NCBI GenBank assembly: GCA_964407105.1
Contig: CAYOUG010000002.1
Span: 76,003 to 140,002, forward strand
Direction of reading: 5' to 3'
Source of the DNA: an uncultured Candidatus Saccharibacteria bacterium
GTDB taxonomy: Bacteria > Patescibacteriota > Minisyncoccia > Phycocordibacterales > CALRHW01
Length of the DNA stretch: 64,000 bases
Shown here: one piece after another, positions 47,814 through 57,207 of the stretch
Layout: every line of letters begins with the position of its first letter
Position numbering within the stretch: position 1 is the stretch's first letter
Notes under the pieces: model-generated
The model's input: only the letters and a program-made list of their open reading frames with translations
Databases searched by the model: none
Told to the model about the DNA's origin: nothing
Program-made: the position numbers and the translations under genes

Positions 47814-49727
47814 TTATGACTGATCATCCTTCTTTTCTTCAAAAGGCACGTCTGTGGGTTCTGTTTTTGCTCCTGTTCCGTTTGCACCAGCATTTGCTTC
47901 ACCCGCTCCAGCACCACTTGCTTGAGCGTTTTGTTGCATGTGTTGTCCAATTTTCTGAAGCTCGTTTGAAAGAAGACTTGTGGCTGAAGTGATAGCTTCT
48001 TTTTCGTTTCCATCTTTTGCTTTTTTGACCGCTTCAATAGCACCAGCGACAGAATTTTTGATATCTTCAGTAATTTTTCCTTCAGCATCTTTGAGTGCTT
48101 TTTCTCCAGTATATACGAGTTGCTCTGCAATATTTTTTGCCTCGATGAGTTCTTTTTTCTTTGCGTCTTCTGCGCTGTGCATTTCTGCATCTTTTTGCAT
48201 ACGCTCAATATCTGCTTTTGAAAGACCGGAGCTTGCCTCGATGCGAATAGATTGTTCTTTTCCGCTTGATTTATCTTTTGCTTTTACATTTAGAATTCCG
48301 TTGGCATCGATATCGAAAGTTACTTCTATCTGAGGCATACCACGTGGTGCCGGTGGAATTCCGTCTAGAATAAATTTACCAAGACTTTTATTATCTGATG
48401 CCATTGGTCGTTCACCTTGCACAATGTGAATTTCTACTGATGTCTGATTGTCTGCTGCGGTAGAATACACCTGAGATTTTGAAGCAGGAATAGTAGTATT
48501 TTTTGAGATGAGCATGTGAGCCACTCCTCCCATCGTTTCAATACCAAGTGAAAGCGGAATCACATCGAGAAGCAAAATATCTTTTACATCTCCTGTGATA
48601 ATACCCCCTTGAATAGCCGCGCCAAGCGCCACCACTTCATCAGGGTTGATAGATTTATTTGGTTCTTTTCCAAAAAATTCTTTTACAGCCTGTTCTATTT
48701 TTGGCATGCGGGTTTGTCCTCCAACCAAAATCACTTCGTCGATATCTGCAATTTTAAACGGAGATGCTTCCATCGCTCGTTTGGTAATCATCATCGCGCG
48801 TTCAATAAATTCACTTGTGAGTTCTTCGAGTTTTGCTCGATTCATTTTCATTACAAAATGTTTTGGACCACTTGCATCAGAAGTAATAAATGGAATATTA
48901 ATTTCAGTTTCCATCGCAGTAGAAAGTTCGTGCTTTGCTTTTTCCGCCGCTTCATCTAGACGCTGAAGTGCAAAAGAATCTTTTGTGAGATCAATTCCCT
49001 GTTCTTTTTTAAATTCATCAGCAAGGAAATGAATAATTTTTTGATCGATATCTTTTCCTCCCAAATGACTATCGCCGTCGGTTGATTTTACTTCTACAAC
49101 ATCACCACCAACCTCCAATACTGAGATATCAAAAGTACCACCACCGAAATCAAAGACAACAATTTTTTCATCTTTCTTTTTGTTGAAACCGTATGCTAGC
49201 GCTGCCGCTGTTGGTTCATTGATTATGCGCTTCACATCAAGACCTGCTATTTGACCCGCGTCTTTTGTTGCTTGGCGTTGTGCGTCGTTGAAATATGCAG
49301 GCACAGTAATTACCGCTTCGGTGATTTTTTCACCAAGCTTTGCTTCTGCGTCGGCTTTTAGTTTTTGTAAAATCATTGCAGAAATTTCTTCTGGTCGGTA
49401 GTCTTTTTCACCCATTTTTACAAGCACACCACCAGTGTTTGAACTAGAAATATCGTATGGAACAGTTGACTTGTCTTTTTGTACTGCAGGATCATTAAAA
49501 ATATGACCAATAAAACGTTTTATGCCAAAAACAGTATTTTTTGGATTTGTTACCGCCTGACGTTTTGCAAGTAAACCCACAGTGCGCTCGCCATTTTTAG
49601 ATACAGCAATAATAGACGGAGTGGTGCGTGCACCCTCAGCATTTTCAAGAATTTTCGGACCACCAGCTTCCATTACTGCTATTGCAGAATTTGTTGTACC
49701 CAAATCAATTCCTATTACTTTTGCCAT
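47814..49727 (-). CDS. dnaK: Chaperone DnaK (Hsp70)
   Basis: [10 protein letters not shown] and DLGGGTFD signatures, 637 aa. Confidence 0.95.
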   Translation of the reverse strand: MAKVIGIDLGTTNSAIAVMEAGGPKILENAEGARTTPSIIAVSKNGERTVGLLAKRQAVTNPKNTVFGIKRFIGHIFNDPAVQKDKSTVPYDISSSNTGGVLVKMGEKDYRPEEISAMILQKLKADAEAKLGEKITEAVITVPAYFNDAQRQATKDAGQIAGLDVKRIINEPTAAALAYGFNKKKDEKIVVFDFGGGTFDISVLEVGGDVVEVKSTDGDSHLGGKDIDQKIIHFLADEFKKEQGIDLTKDSFALQRLDEAAEKAKHELSTAMETEINIPFITSDASGPKHFVMKMNRAKLEELTSEFIERAMMITKRAMEASPFKIADIDEVILVGGQTRMPKIEQAVKEFFGKEPNKSINPDEVVALGAAIQGGIITGDVKDILLLDVIPLSLGIETMGGVAHMLISKNTTIPASKSQVYSTAADNQTSVEIHIVQGERPMASDNKSLGKFILDGIPPAPRGMPQIEVTFDIDANGILNVKAKDKSSGKEQSIRIEASSGLSKADIERMQKDAEMHSAEDAKKKELIEAKNIAEQLVYTGEKALKDAEGKITEDIKNSVAGAIEAVKKAKDGNEKEAITSATSLLSNELQKIGQHMQQNAQASGAGAGEANAGANGTGAKTEPTDVPFEEKKDDQS

Positions 49728-49773
49728 ATTGTTTGTGTGTTTAAAATATTAAAGCGTCTAATGTTTTTTGTTT

Positions 49774-50373
49774 TTATTTTTCTATGTATTTTCCTACTTT
49801 TACTTTTGCTGATCTTATCGGTTTATCATTAAGACTATATCCTTTTTGTAAAACGTCCAGTACTTTGTGATCATCTAGTTTTTCTGTTGTTTCTATAGTG
49901 TCTACTGCTTCGTGGTGCGCGGGATCAAAGGGTTTACCTATTGGGTTAAATTGCACAAGTCCGTTTTGAGAAAATATTGATAGAAGTTGTGAATAAATAT
50001 ATTCTACTCCCAAACGCCACTCTTTCGGTGCTTTCTCCCAAGCTTCTTTATTGGCCGTTGCCATATCAAAGCTGTCGAGTACAGGAATGAGATCGCTGAT
50101 AAGTCTTTCGTTTGAGAATTTTATAAAATTGTTGGCGGTTTCTTCGTCACGTTTTCTTGTGTTGATGAAATCCGCTTTTGCTCTTTGCCAACCATCAAGA
50201 TATTCTTGTTTTTCTGATTCGAGTTGTTTAATTTTTGATTTTAATTTTACGATAATATCTTGTGGATCTTTTTGTTCATATTCGGCATCATTTTCAAGAA
50301 CAATGTCGTCTTGTTCTTCAATTTCCTCTTCTTTTTTTAGATTTTCTTCTTCCATAGTAAAAATACTATACAC
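49774..50373 (-). CDS. grpE: Nucleotide exchange factor GrpE
   Basis: Acidic/coiled-coil N-terminus; C-terminal PFDPAHHEAV; operon with dnaK and dnaJ. Confidence 0.85.
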   Translation of the reverse strand: MYSIFTMEEENLKKEEEIEEQDDIVLENDAEYEQKDPQDIIVKLKSKIKQLESEKQEYLDGWQRAKADFINTRKRDEETANNFIKFSNERLISDLIPVLDSFDMATANKEAWEKAPKEWRLGVEYIYSQLLSIFSQNGLVQFNPIGKPFDPAHHEAVDTIETTEKLDDHKVLDVLQKGYSLNDKPIRSAKVKVGKYIEK

Positions 50374-50416
50374 GATTTATTATGTGAGAGTAAAGTTTTT
50401 TAGTTTTCAAAAAATA

Positions 50417-50824
50417 CTATCTCTTTGACCACTGAGGAGCCTTTCGAGCTTTTTTGAGACCGAATTTGCGACGTTCTTTTGCGCGAGCATCTCGTTTGAG
50501 TAGACCAGAAGCTTTGAGTTTCTTTCGGAGTTCTGCATCATAAGCCACGAGTGCTCGAGCTATACCGTGTCGAAGTGCTTGGGCTTGAGAGCTTATTCCA
50601 CCGCCTTTTATAACCGCTGTTACTTTAAATTTTGTTTCGATTTTTGATGTTTCAAAAGGAGTTCTTCCTATAACCTGAAGTGCAAGTGTTGGAAAATATA
50701 CTGCGTATTCTTTTCCGTTTATAACCATACTTGATTTACCTGCTTCTGTAATACGAACTCTAGCGACGGATGTTTTTCTTCGGCCAATAGTTTCTATATA
50801 TTTTTTGTTTTCTTCTGTATTCAT
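50417..50824 (-). CDS. rpsI: 30S ribosomal protein S9
   Basis: C-terminal KKARKAPQWSKR. Confidence 0.9.
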   Translation of the reverse strand: MNTEENKKYIETIGRRKTSVARVRITEAGKSSMVINGKEYAVYFPTLALQVIGRTPFETSKIETKFKVTAVIKGGGISSQAQALRHGIARALVAYDAELRKKLKASGLLKRDARAKERRKFGLKKARKAPQWSKR

Positions 50825-50829
50825 AAGTG

Positions 50830-51183
50830 TTAGTCGGTGACGATTAGGTTTTTGATCATTTTTGAACGAAGTTTGTTGGTAGGAAGCATGCCATATACTG
50901 TGTCTGCAAAAAGTTTAGCATATCCCTTTTTTGCCAAAAACTGTTCAACTGATTTTGATTTTATACCACCTGGATATCCAGAGTATGTGACAAGTATTGT
51001 GTCACGAGTTTTTTTTGGATCAAGTTTTATTTTTGAAGCATTTACGATTGTAACGGTTACAGAAGGCACGATATTTCTTGCAAAGGCCGTTGAATTTTTA
51101 CCTATGAGAAATTTAGCTGCTTCACTTGCAACCCGTCCGAGCTTTTTATCTTGTGCGTCTATTGTGTATTTCATATTATACAA
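50830..51183 (-). CDS. rplM: 50S ribosomal protein L13 (short)
   Basis: LGRVASEAAKFL...GYPGGIK...MLP.NKL pattern; upstream of rpsI. Confidence 0.8.
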   Translation of the reverse strand: MYNMKYTIDAQDKKLGRVASEAAKFLIGKNSTAFARNIVPSVTVTIVNASKIKLDPKKTRDTILVTYSGYPGGIKSKSVEQFLAKKGYAKLFADTVYGMLPTNKLRSKMIKNLIVTD

Positions 51184-51523
51184 ATTCTATCATTGCCATT
51201 GCAGCGCGGTCGCTTGCACGGTTGCCAAGTTTAATAATGCGTGTGTAACCACCTTTTCGATCTTTGTATTTTGGACCGAGTATTTTAACAAGTTTTTCTG
51301 CACCATCTTTTCCCACACGAGCCAAAAGTAAACGTCTAGATGCCACTGTAGCTGTTTTTCCTCGAGTGATCAACTTTTCTACGATTGGTCGAAGTGCTTT
51401 AGCTTTTACTTCTGTGGTAGTAATTTTTTCACTAAGAATAAGTGAACGAGCAAGAGACGCTACAAGAGCGTTTCTCTGTCCTGTTTTTCTTCCAAATTTT
51501 TTGTTTGATTTACCGTGCCGCAT
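51176..51523 (-). CDS. rplQ: 50S ribosomal protein L17
   Basis: MRHGKSNKKFGRKTGQRNAL N-terminus. Confidence 0.85.
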   Translation of the reverse strand: MRHGKSNKKFGRKTGQRNALVASLARSLILSEKITTTEVKAKALRPIVEKLITRGKTATVASRRLLLARVGKDGAEKLVKILGPKYKDRKGGYTRIIKLGNRASDRAAMAMIEFV

Positions 51524-51529
51524 GATATT

Positions 51530-52489
51530 TTATTTTAATGTTATGCCAGATTCAGCTAACATTTTTTTTATTTCAATTACACCTTTTGTGCCGAGACCTT
51601 CAATGTCTGTAATGTCTTTTTCTTTTTTGCGTACAAGACCACCGAGTGTGCGAATATTTGCACTAGTAAGAGCATTCATTGTTCGAGCTGAAAGATTTAG
51701 AGATTCGATACGAGTTTTTAAAAATTCAGGATCAAGTTCTCTTTTTTCACCACCCTCTGAAGAAGAGCTATCTTTTTTGGTTTCAGGCATTTCTTCTTCT
51801 TTAAATCCAATGATCGCCTTTAGCTGATTGATCATTATTTCGATAGCTTTTTCAAGCGCTTCGTGTGGAGTCATGGTGCCGTCTGTTTCAATACCAATTC
51901 TTAGGCGATTGAAATCTGTTCGATCACCAATACGCATATTTTCTACTTCGTAGTTTACACGTCGGATTGGACTAAATACTGCATCAAGAGCAATCATTCC
52001 AATATCTACACGATTTTTCTGTAGTACATCTTTTGAAACGTATCCAAGACCTTTTTCTACTGTAATTTCCATTGAAAATTCAGTATTTTTGTCTGTGATG
52101 TGTGCAATAACGAGTTCTGGATTTAAAATAGATACCTGACCACTTGCTTTTATGTCTCCAGCAGTTATTTCTTGAACGCCCTTAATTTTGAGTGAAAGAG
52201 TTTGTGTTTCGTCGCTATGCATTGCAATACGGACCTTTTTTAGGTTGAGAAGTATGGTAATCACATCTTCTTGTACACCATCAAGTACAGAAAATTCATG
52301 ACTTACGCCGTCTATTTTTACAGAAGTGATAGCTGCTCCGGCAAGAGAAGAAAGAATGATGCGTCGAAGAGAATTACCAAGGGTGTGACCATATCCAGGG
52401 TAAAGACCGTCAATCTCGTAGACGGCTTTAAAATTATCTTCTGAAATAATCTTTGGTTTTGAAGGTAACACGATGCTGTGATGGACCAT
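51530..52489 (-). CDS. rpoA: DNA-directed RNA polymerase subunit alpha
   Basis: N-terminal dimerisation domain (GYGHTLGNSLRRILLSS) and C-terminal alpha-CTD HhH. Confidence 0.9.
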   Translation of the reverse strand: MVHHSIVLPSKPKIISEDNFKAVYEIDGLYPGYGHTLGNSLRRIILSSLAGAAITSVKIDGVSHEFSVLDGVQEDVITILLNLKKVRIAMHSDETQTLSLKIKGVQEITAGDIKASGQVSILNPELVIAHITDKNTEFSMEITVEKGLGYVSKDVLQKNRVDIGMIALDAVFSPIRRVNYEVENMRIGDRTDFNRLRIGIETDGTMTPHEALEKAIEIMINQLKAIIGFKEEEMPETKKDSSSSEGGEKRELDPEFLKTRIESLNLSARTMNALTSANIRTLGGLVRKKEKDITDIEGLGTKGVIEIKKMLAESGITLK

Positions 52490-52612
52490 AATCGTTGTAT
52501 TAATTAATTTTTAAATTATACATTACTTTTAAAATATTGCAATAATGACGGTGTGAAGACACAAAAATACACAGGTTTGAACCGCGTGTACGCATAAATC
52601 TTCAGTATTCGG

Positions 52613-53233
52613 TTAACGGCTATAAAACTCAATAACTGAATTTAAATCAAACAATAACTCTCCCTGATCAACTTTCGGTAATCCCTGAATTTCAATTTGT
52701 TTATTGGGTGCATCGACTTTTATCCATGATGGAGCTGTTTTTGTTTGTAATCTTTCTTCAAGACCCTGAAACAATGCTTTTTTCAAGCTTCCGTCTCGCA
52801 CGGTAATGACATCACCTATTGATACTTTGAAAGAAGGAATGTTTACGATTTTGTTATTAACTTTAATATGGTTGTGAGAAACCATTTGTCGAGCGAGAAG
52901 TCTTGCGTGAGCAAAACCTCCGCGAAGTACGGCGTTGTCGAGGCGTGTTTCTAAAAGTTCAAAAAGAGTACCGATATTGTTTGTTCCTTTTGCTGAGAGT
53001 GCTTTTTTTACGTAATTTGAAAATTGTTTTTCTGAAAGAAGATATGTAAAACGAGCCTTTTGTTTCTCGTTCATCTGAATACTAAAATCTGTTTTTTGTT
53101 TTGGTCCCCCGCGTCCTTTTGTGGTTGTTTTGGATTTTTTTGTTTGAGAAAGCACGTACTTCTGTGTTTGAGTTTTCTCAAATACAGGAGCTCCAAGTCT
53201 TCGTGCTATTTTGTATCGTGGTCCGATGATCAT
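52613..53233 (-). CDS. rpsD: 30S ribosomal protein S4
   Basis: PRYKIARRLG N-terminus, S4 RNA-binding domain. Confidence 0.9.
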   Translation of the reverse strand: MIIGPRYKIARRLGAPVFEKTQTQKYVLSQTKKSKTTTKGRGGPKQKTDFSIQMNEKQKARFTYLLSEKQFSNYVKKALSAKGTNNIGTLFELLETRLDNAVLRGGFAHARLLARQMVSHNHIKVNNKIVNIPSFKVSIGDVITVRDGSLKKALFQGLEERLQTKTAPSWIKVDAPNKQIEIQGLPKVDQGELLFDLNSVIEFYSR

Positions 53234-53259
53234 ACCTTTTTGTGTTATCCGTATTAAAA

Positions 53260-53694
53260 TTATACTCGACGTGGCTTAGGTGGCTTTGGTCCATTGTGTG
53301 GTACCGGAGTCACGTCCTTGATTGATAAAATATTTACTCCTTTCGAAATAAAACCTCGGATAGAAGATTCTCGGCCAGAACCCACTCCCCTCACTACCAC
53401 AGAAACATCTTTCATACCTATATTTTGAGCTTTTGTGGCAAGAAGTTCACCCACTTTTGCTGCTGCAAACGGAGTTCCCTTTTTTGCACCACTAAAACCA
53501 AGAGAACCACTAGAAGACCAACCCAAAGTATTACCTTTAGTGTCTGTGAGAACTACTTTTGTGTTGTTGTATGTAGATTGAACATACAAAATACCAGTAT
53601 CAACTCTCTTTTTTGAAGAAGATACTACAGGAGCTTTTTCTGCTCCCTCTGTTGTTCCTGTTTCTCCTTTTTTTACGATGCGTTTCTTTCCCAT
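53260..53694 (-). CDS. rpsK: 30S ribosomal protein S11
   Basis: GILYVQSTYNNTKVVLTD...GSLGFSGAKKGTPFAA. Confidence 0.9.
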   Translation of the reverse strand: MGKKRIVKKGETGTTEGAEKAPVVSSSKKRVDTGILYVQSTYNNTKVVLTDTKGNTLGWSSSGSLGFSGAKKGTPFAAAKVGELLATKAQNIGMKDVSVVVRGVGSGRESSIRGFISKGVNILSIKDVTPVPHNGPKPPKPRRV

Positions 53695-53706
53695 GGTTAT
53701 AAATTA

Positions 53707-54087
53707 TTACTTCTTTTCAACGGCTCGTTTTCCGCTTCCCATTGTCTTTCGCACATTTCCTCTTCGTGTTCGAGAATTTGTTTTTGTACGTTGACCTCGT
53801 GATGGTAAACCACGTGCGTGTCGCATACCTCGATATGCTTTTATGTCTTTTAAACGCTTAATATTTCCAGCCACCTCACGCTTTAAATCTCCTTCAATTT
53901 TAAATTTTTCTACAATAGATCGAATTTTGTTTTCGTCTTCTACTGAAAGATCTTTTGGTTTTTTACCGTGATCAATACCTGCCTCAGTGAGGATTTTTTT
54001 TGCAAGAGGACGACCAATACCATAAAGGGTGGTAAGACCGATCTCGAGACGTTTAACTTCTGGAATTGTGATACCTAGGATTCGCAT
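53707..54087 (-). CDS. rpsM: 30S ribosomal protein S13
   Basis: MRILGITIPEVKRLEIGLTTLYGIG. Confidence 0.9.
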   Translation of the reverse strand: MRILGITIPEVKRLEIGLTTLYGIGRPLAKKILTEAGIDHGKKPKDLSVEDENKIRSIVEKFKIEGDLKREVAGNIKRLKDIKAYRGMRHARGLPSRGQRTKTNSRTRRGNVRKTMGSGKRAVEKK

Positions 54088-54098
54088 AATATATTTAA

Positions 54099-54215
54099 TT
54101 AACCTTGTCGTTGTTTATGGCGAGGATTACTTTTGCAAATTACATAAACATAGCCTTTTCGTCTGACTACTTCGCATTTTGCACAGATTTTTTTAACGGA
54201 TGCTCGTACTCGCAT
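54099..54215 (-). CDS. rpmJ: 50S ribosomal protein L36
   Basis: 38-aa [41 protein letters not shown] not in ORF table; found by eye between rpsM and infA. Confidence 0.8.
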   Translation of the reverse strand: MRVRASVKKICAKCEVVRRKGYVYVICKSNPRHKQRQG

Positions 54216-54228
54216 GTTTTATCTAAAA

Positions 54229-54447
54229 TTATAAACGTTTTACTATCCTACCTTTACCACCGTATTGGTCAAGCTCTACAATGACTTTGTCGCCGATTAA
54301 TACACGAATTCGATGAAGTCTCATCTTGCCGGCAAGGTAAGTAAGTAAGTCCTCTTCTTGCCCTTCAATTTTGACTTTAAAGAACGTATTTGGCAAAGCT
54401 TCTGTGACAATACCGGTAATTTGGTTCTTTTCGTTGTTTTTCTCCAT
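54229..54447 (-). CDS. infA: Translation initiation factor IF-1
   Basis: S1-like OB fold; GKMRLHRIRVLIGDKVIVEL...GRIVKRL. Confidence 0.9.
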   Translation of the reverse strand: MEKNNEKNQITGIVTEALPNTFFKVKIEGQEEDLLTYLAGKMRLHRIRVLIGDKVIVELDQYGGKGRIVKRL

Positions 54448-54503
54448 TACAATATAAGCAATGCGAAGTATACTAACAAAATAAGTAGTATTTCGTCAAT
54501 ACC

Positions 54504-55904
54504 CTAGCTTGCGGTGTTAATATCAACCTGTATTTTCCCAGTGTCTTTTGGAAACGATCTTTTCCAAAAAGGACGCAATATTACCTTCGCTTTTTCCACT
54601 TCTGGGTGTGTGGAAAGAATACTACCAAGGTTTTTTTGCGGCTTACCTGATAGGTCTTTTTTAATTTTTTCTTTATCGATAACCCACACAAACAAAGCAT
54701 TTCCTTTCACACTTATATTCACATCATTGGTCTGGGTGTTTGAAAGTGTGCTTGCTGCGGGAAAACTAACATCAAGATTTTCTATGTTTGAAATATATAC
54801 TTCGTCAGGTTTTGCTTGGGTAAGAGTTTCTGTAGACAAAACGGAGCTTAGAATATTTTTATTTAAAATAAGAGCTGTGACAGTACCCCTTTCATTTACT
54901 TTTACAGAAGTATTTGTACTTTCTGTTTGTGGCATATTTTCAAAAGCAAAAGACATTGTGCCGGGATACATAATAAACGCTTCGGGTATTTGAGAAGAAA
55001 TTTCTTTCGAAAGTGTTTCTTTTAATTCATTTTCGAGTTCACCTTGTGTTTTTGTGAGAGTCTCAGGTGTTACTTTTTTTACAGTTCCAGAAAATCCTCC
55101 CTGCATTGGACTTTCTGAGCGAGCGTATATGGTTTTAAAGCGAGGATCATCTTTAAAACCTGGAATTGTAAAATCTGTAAGTCCAATATTATAACCTTCA
55201 CCAACCTTGTCTGCATATACGGTTACGGTGATACTTCCCGGCACTATATCGGTGCCCTTTTTTGTATATCCGGGAATGGTTATTGTATCATTTATGCGAT
55301 AAATAAGACCACTCGTTGTTTCGAAACGAGTATTTGCGATAAGTTTTTGACTCGAAGCGCTGTTTTTATTGTAAACCACTATTTTTCCAGATGCTTTTTT
55401 CTCTACTTTTTCTTCGCCCTGTGTGTCTACTTTTTTACCAGACTCTTTTGAAAGAGTAATGATTTCGTATCCAAGCTCAGTGTCGGTTGGTATTTTTTTT
55501 GCAACAAGTATTTTATCTAAATTCACCGTTTCTTTTTTTGGCGTAATGTTTATTTGTGCGCTTACAAATAAAAATGAAATTGAAAACAATAAAACAATTA
55601 CAGCCACAACACCCAAAAGCCATTTTTTGGTTTTTGAATTTCGTTTTTTGGGTGTTGGTGTTTGGAGTATTGCAGACGTGTCTGTTGGTGGAATATTTTG
55701 GTATGTTTTTTCGACTGTCTCTTGTTCTGTGGATGATGAAACACGCTCGACATGAGAATTGTTGATTGGTGGTATGTTTGGTGTGTTTGTAACCTGATCT
55801 CTGTAAGTGGTTGTGATTGTGTTTCGGCGACGAGATGGCACTGGTATATTTCTAATGGATTTATTTTCTGGAGGTAAAACGTCTTGTACAATTTTTTTTG
55901 GCAT
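54504..55904 (-). CDS. Hypothetical single-pass membrane protein with large extracytoplasmic domain
   Basis: Polar low-complexity N-terminus, one TM (LLGVVAVIVLLFSISFLFV), 330-aa C-terminal domain; occupies the position usually held by map/adk. Confidence 0.4.
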   Translation of the reverse strand: MPKKIVQDVLPPENKSIRNIPVPSRRRNTITTTYRDQVTNTPNIPPINNSHVERVSSSTEQETVEKTYQNIPPTDTSAILQTPTPKKRNSKTKKWLLGVVAVIVLLFSISFLFVSAQINITPKKETVNLDKILVAKKIPTDTELGYEIITLSKESGKKVDTQGEEKVEKKASGKIVVYNKNSASSQKLIANTRFETTSGLIYRINDTITIPGYTKKGTDIVPGSITVTVYADKVGEGYNIGLTDFTIPGFKDDPRFKTIYARSESPMQGGFSGTVKKVTPETLTKTQGELENELKETLSKEISSQIPEAFIMYPGTMSFAFENMPQTESTNTSVKVNERGTVTALILNKNILSSVLSTETLTQAKPDEVYISNIENLDVSFPAASTLSNTQTNDVNISVKGNALFVWVIDKEKIKKDLSGKPQKNLGSILSTHPEVEKAKVILRPFWKRSFPKDTGKIQVDINTAS

Positions 55905-55962
55905 AATAATTGTTATCTACAACTTTCTATTGTATATAATACTAACACACTTGTAAAACTGT

Positions 55963-57195
55963 CTATTCACTTTTTTCTGAATATAGTCGTGCACAAAAAA
56001 TACTTTCAAGAGCGATAAAAGGATCTTGTGGTATTTGTGGAGCGTAAGATACAAAATGAGATAATTTTTCTGCATCAAGCAAAACAATCGAAGTGTTTTT
56101 AAAACTCAGACTATTTTCTTCATTAATAGTCATGTGTTCTTGAATTGCTTGTATAAAAATTGGCGCAACCTCTTCGTCTACCGTTAAAAATATTTTAGAA
56201 AGTATTCCACCCTTTGCAATATCTGCGACGGAATGAAAAAAATAACTTCCCCACTCTTGCATTGCTTTTTTACAGACAGCCTCTATTTTTTCAGCAGACT
56301 CCGGTGCAACATGACCGCTTGCCTGCATATTGAGCATTGATAAAGCTATTTCTCCAGAAACATTAAATGTTTCAGAAATTTTTTGTATAAAATAATTGCG
56401 TCCAATTGGAAAAGAAGCGCTCTCCATAAGTACGTGGTTTTCGATTGAAGACACGTCGGTTACTTCTGCTGAAACATCGGCAAAGATGAACGTTGATTCG
56501 TTTGAGAAAATATCTCTCACTACACTGTGTCCCACAAGAGAAAAAGAATAAAAACTTAAATTGTTTGAATGAAAATATACACCAACAATGCGTTCGATTG
56601 CGTGTATCATGTTTTTTGAAGCAAGACTAATGAACATTGCAATTTCTACGTGCCGTGCTTTTTTTTGATATGGATTTGCTGTGGTGTAACCATTGAGTTT
56701 TGTTTGTATTACTCGTCTTTCTACACAGTCGAGATCATTTTTTGAATCTGATGTGCTGAGCGAAGTATTTTTTTCAGACAATTCTTGTTTGAAAATACCC
56801 TCTTCTTTTTCAAGGAGTGAATCGATAAAATTTTTTGTAATTGAAATTGGTTGTTCGTTTTCTATCGTAAGTACTTTTGTTTTTGAAATGTACCAAGGTG
56901 AAGATAGTATACAAAAAGTATGACCTATCTTTTGTATTGGTAAATTTAATGCTTTTATATATTCTGGACCTTCTTTTGCTACAGCAGAAATTACTTCCTC
57001 AAGCATATTTAATACCAACGAAGAAAGTTTTTGAGAATCTGTATTAATCCCTATTGTAAGCGGAAGACGTTTTGAATATATAATTTGTGAAGGGTTTCCA
57101 GCGCTATGGTATACGAGTCCTGCCGCGACACTTCCATTGCCAACATCAAGTATTAGATGAATATCTTTTTCATTTTTTTCTTTAAAGAAACTCAT
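55963..57195 (-). CDS. Hypothetical actin-like ATPase-fold (ASKHA) protein, FtsA/PilM/Ppx-like
   Basis: N-terminal phosphate-1-like ILDVGNGSVAAGLV; about 410 aa. Confidence 0.35.
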   Translation of the reverse strand: MSFFKEKNEKDIHLILDVGNGSVAAGLVYHSAGNPSQIIYSKRLPLTIGINTDSQKLSSLVLNMLEEVISAVAKEGPEYIKALNLPIQKIGHTFCILSSPWYISKTKVLTIENEQPISITKNFIDSLLEKEEGIFKQELSEKNTSLSTSDSKNDLDCVERRVIQTKLNGYTTANPYQKKARHVEIAMFISLASKNMIHAIERIVGVYFHSNNLSFYSFSLVGHSVVRDIFSNESTFIFADVSAEVTDVSSIENHVLMESASFPIGRNYFIQKISETFNVSGEIALSMLNMQASGHVAPESAEKIEAVCKKAMQEWGSYFFHSVADIAKGGILSKIFLTVDEEVAPIFIQAIQEHMTINEENSLSFKNTSIVLLDAEKLSHFVSYAPQIPQDPFIALESIFCARLYSEKSE

Positions 57196-57207
57196 GAGTA
57201 TTTAATA

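Noticed and set aside
50374-50416. CIRCE/HrcA operator upstream of grpE-dnaK-dnaJ
   Set aside because: No TTAGCACTC-N9-GAGTGCTAA-like inverted repeat is present. grpE directly follows rpsI.
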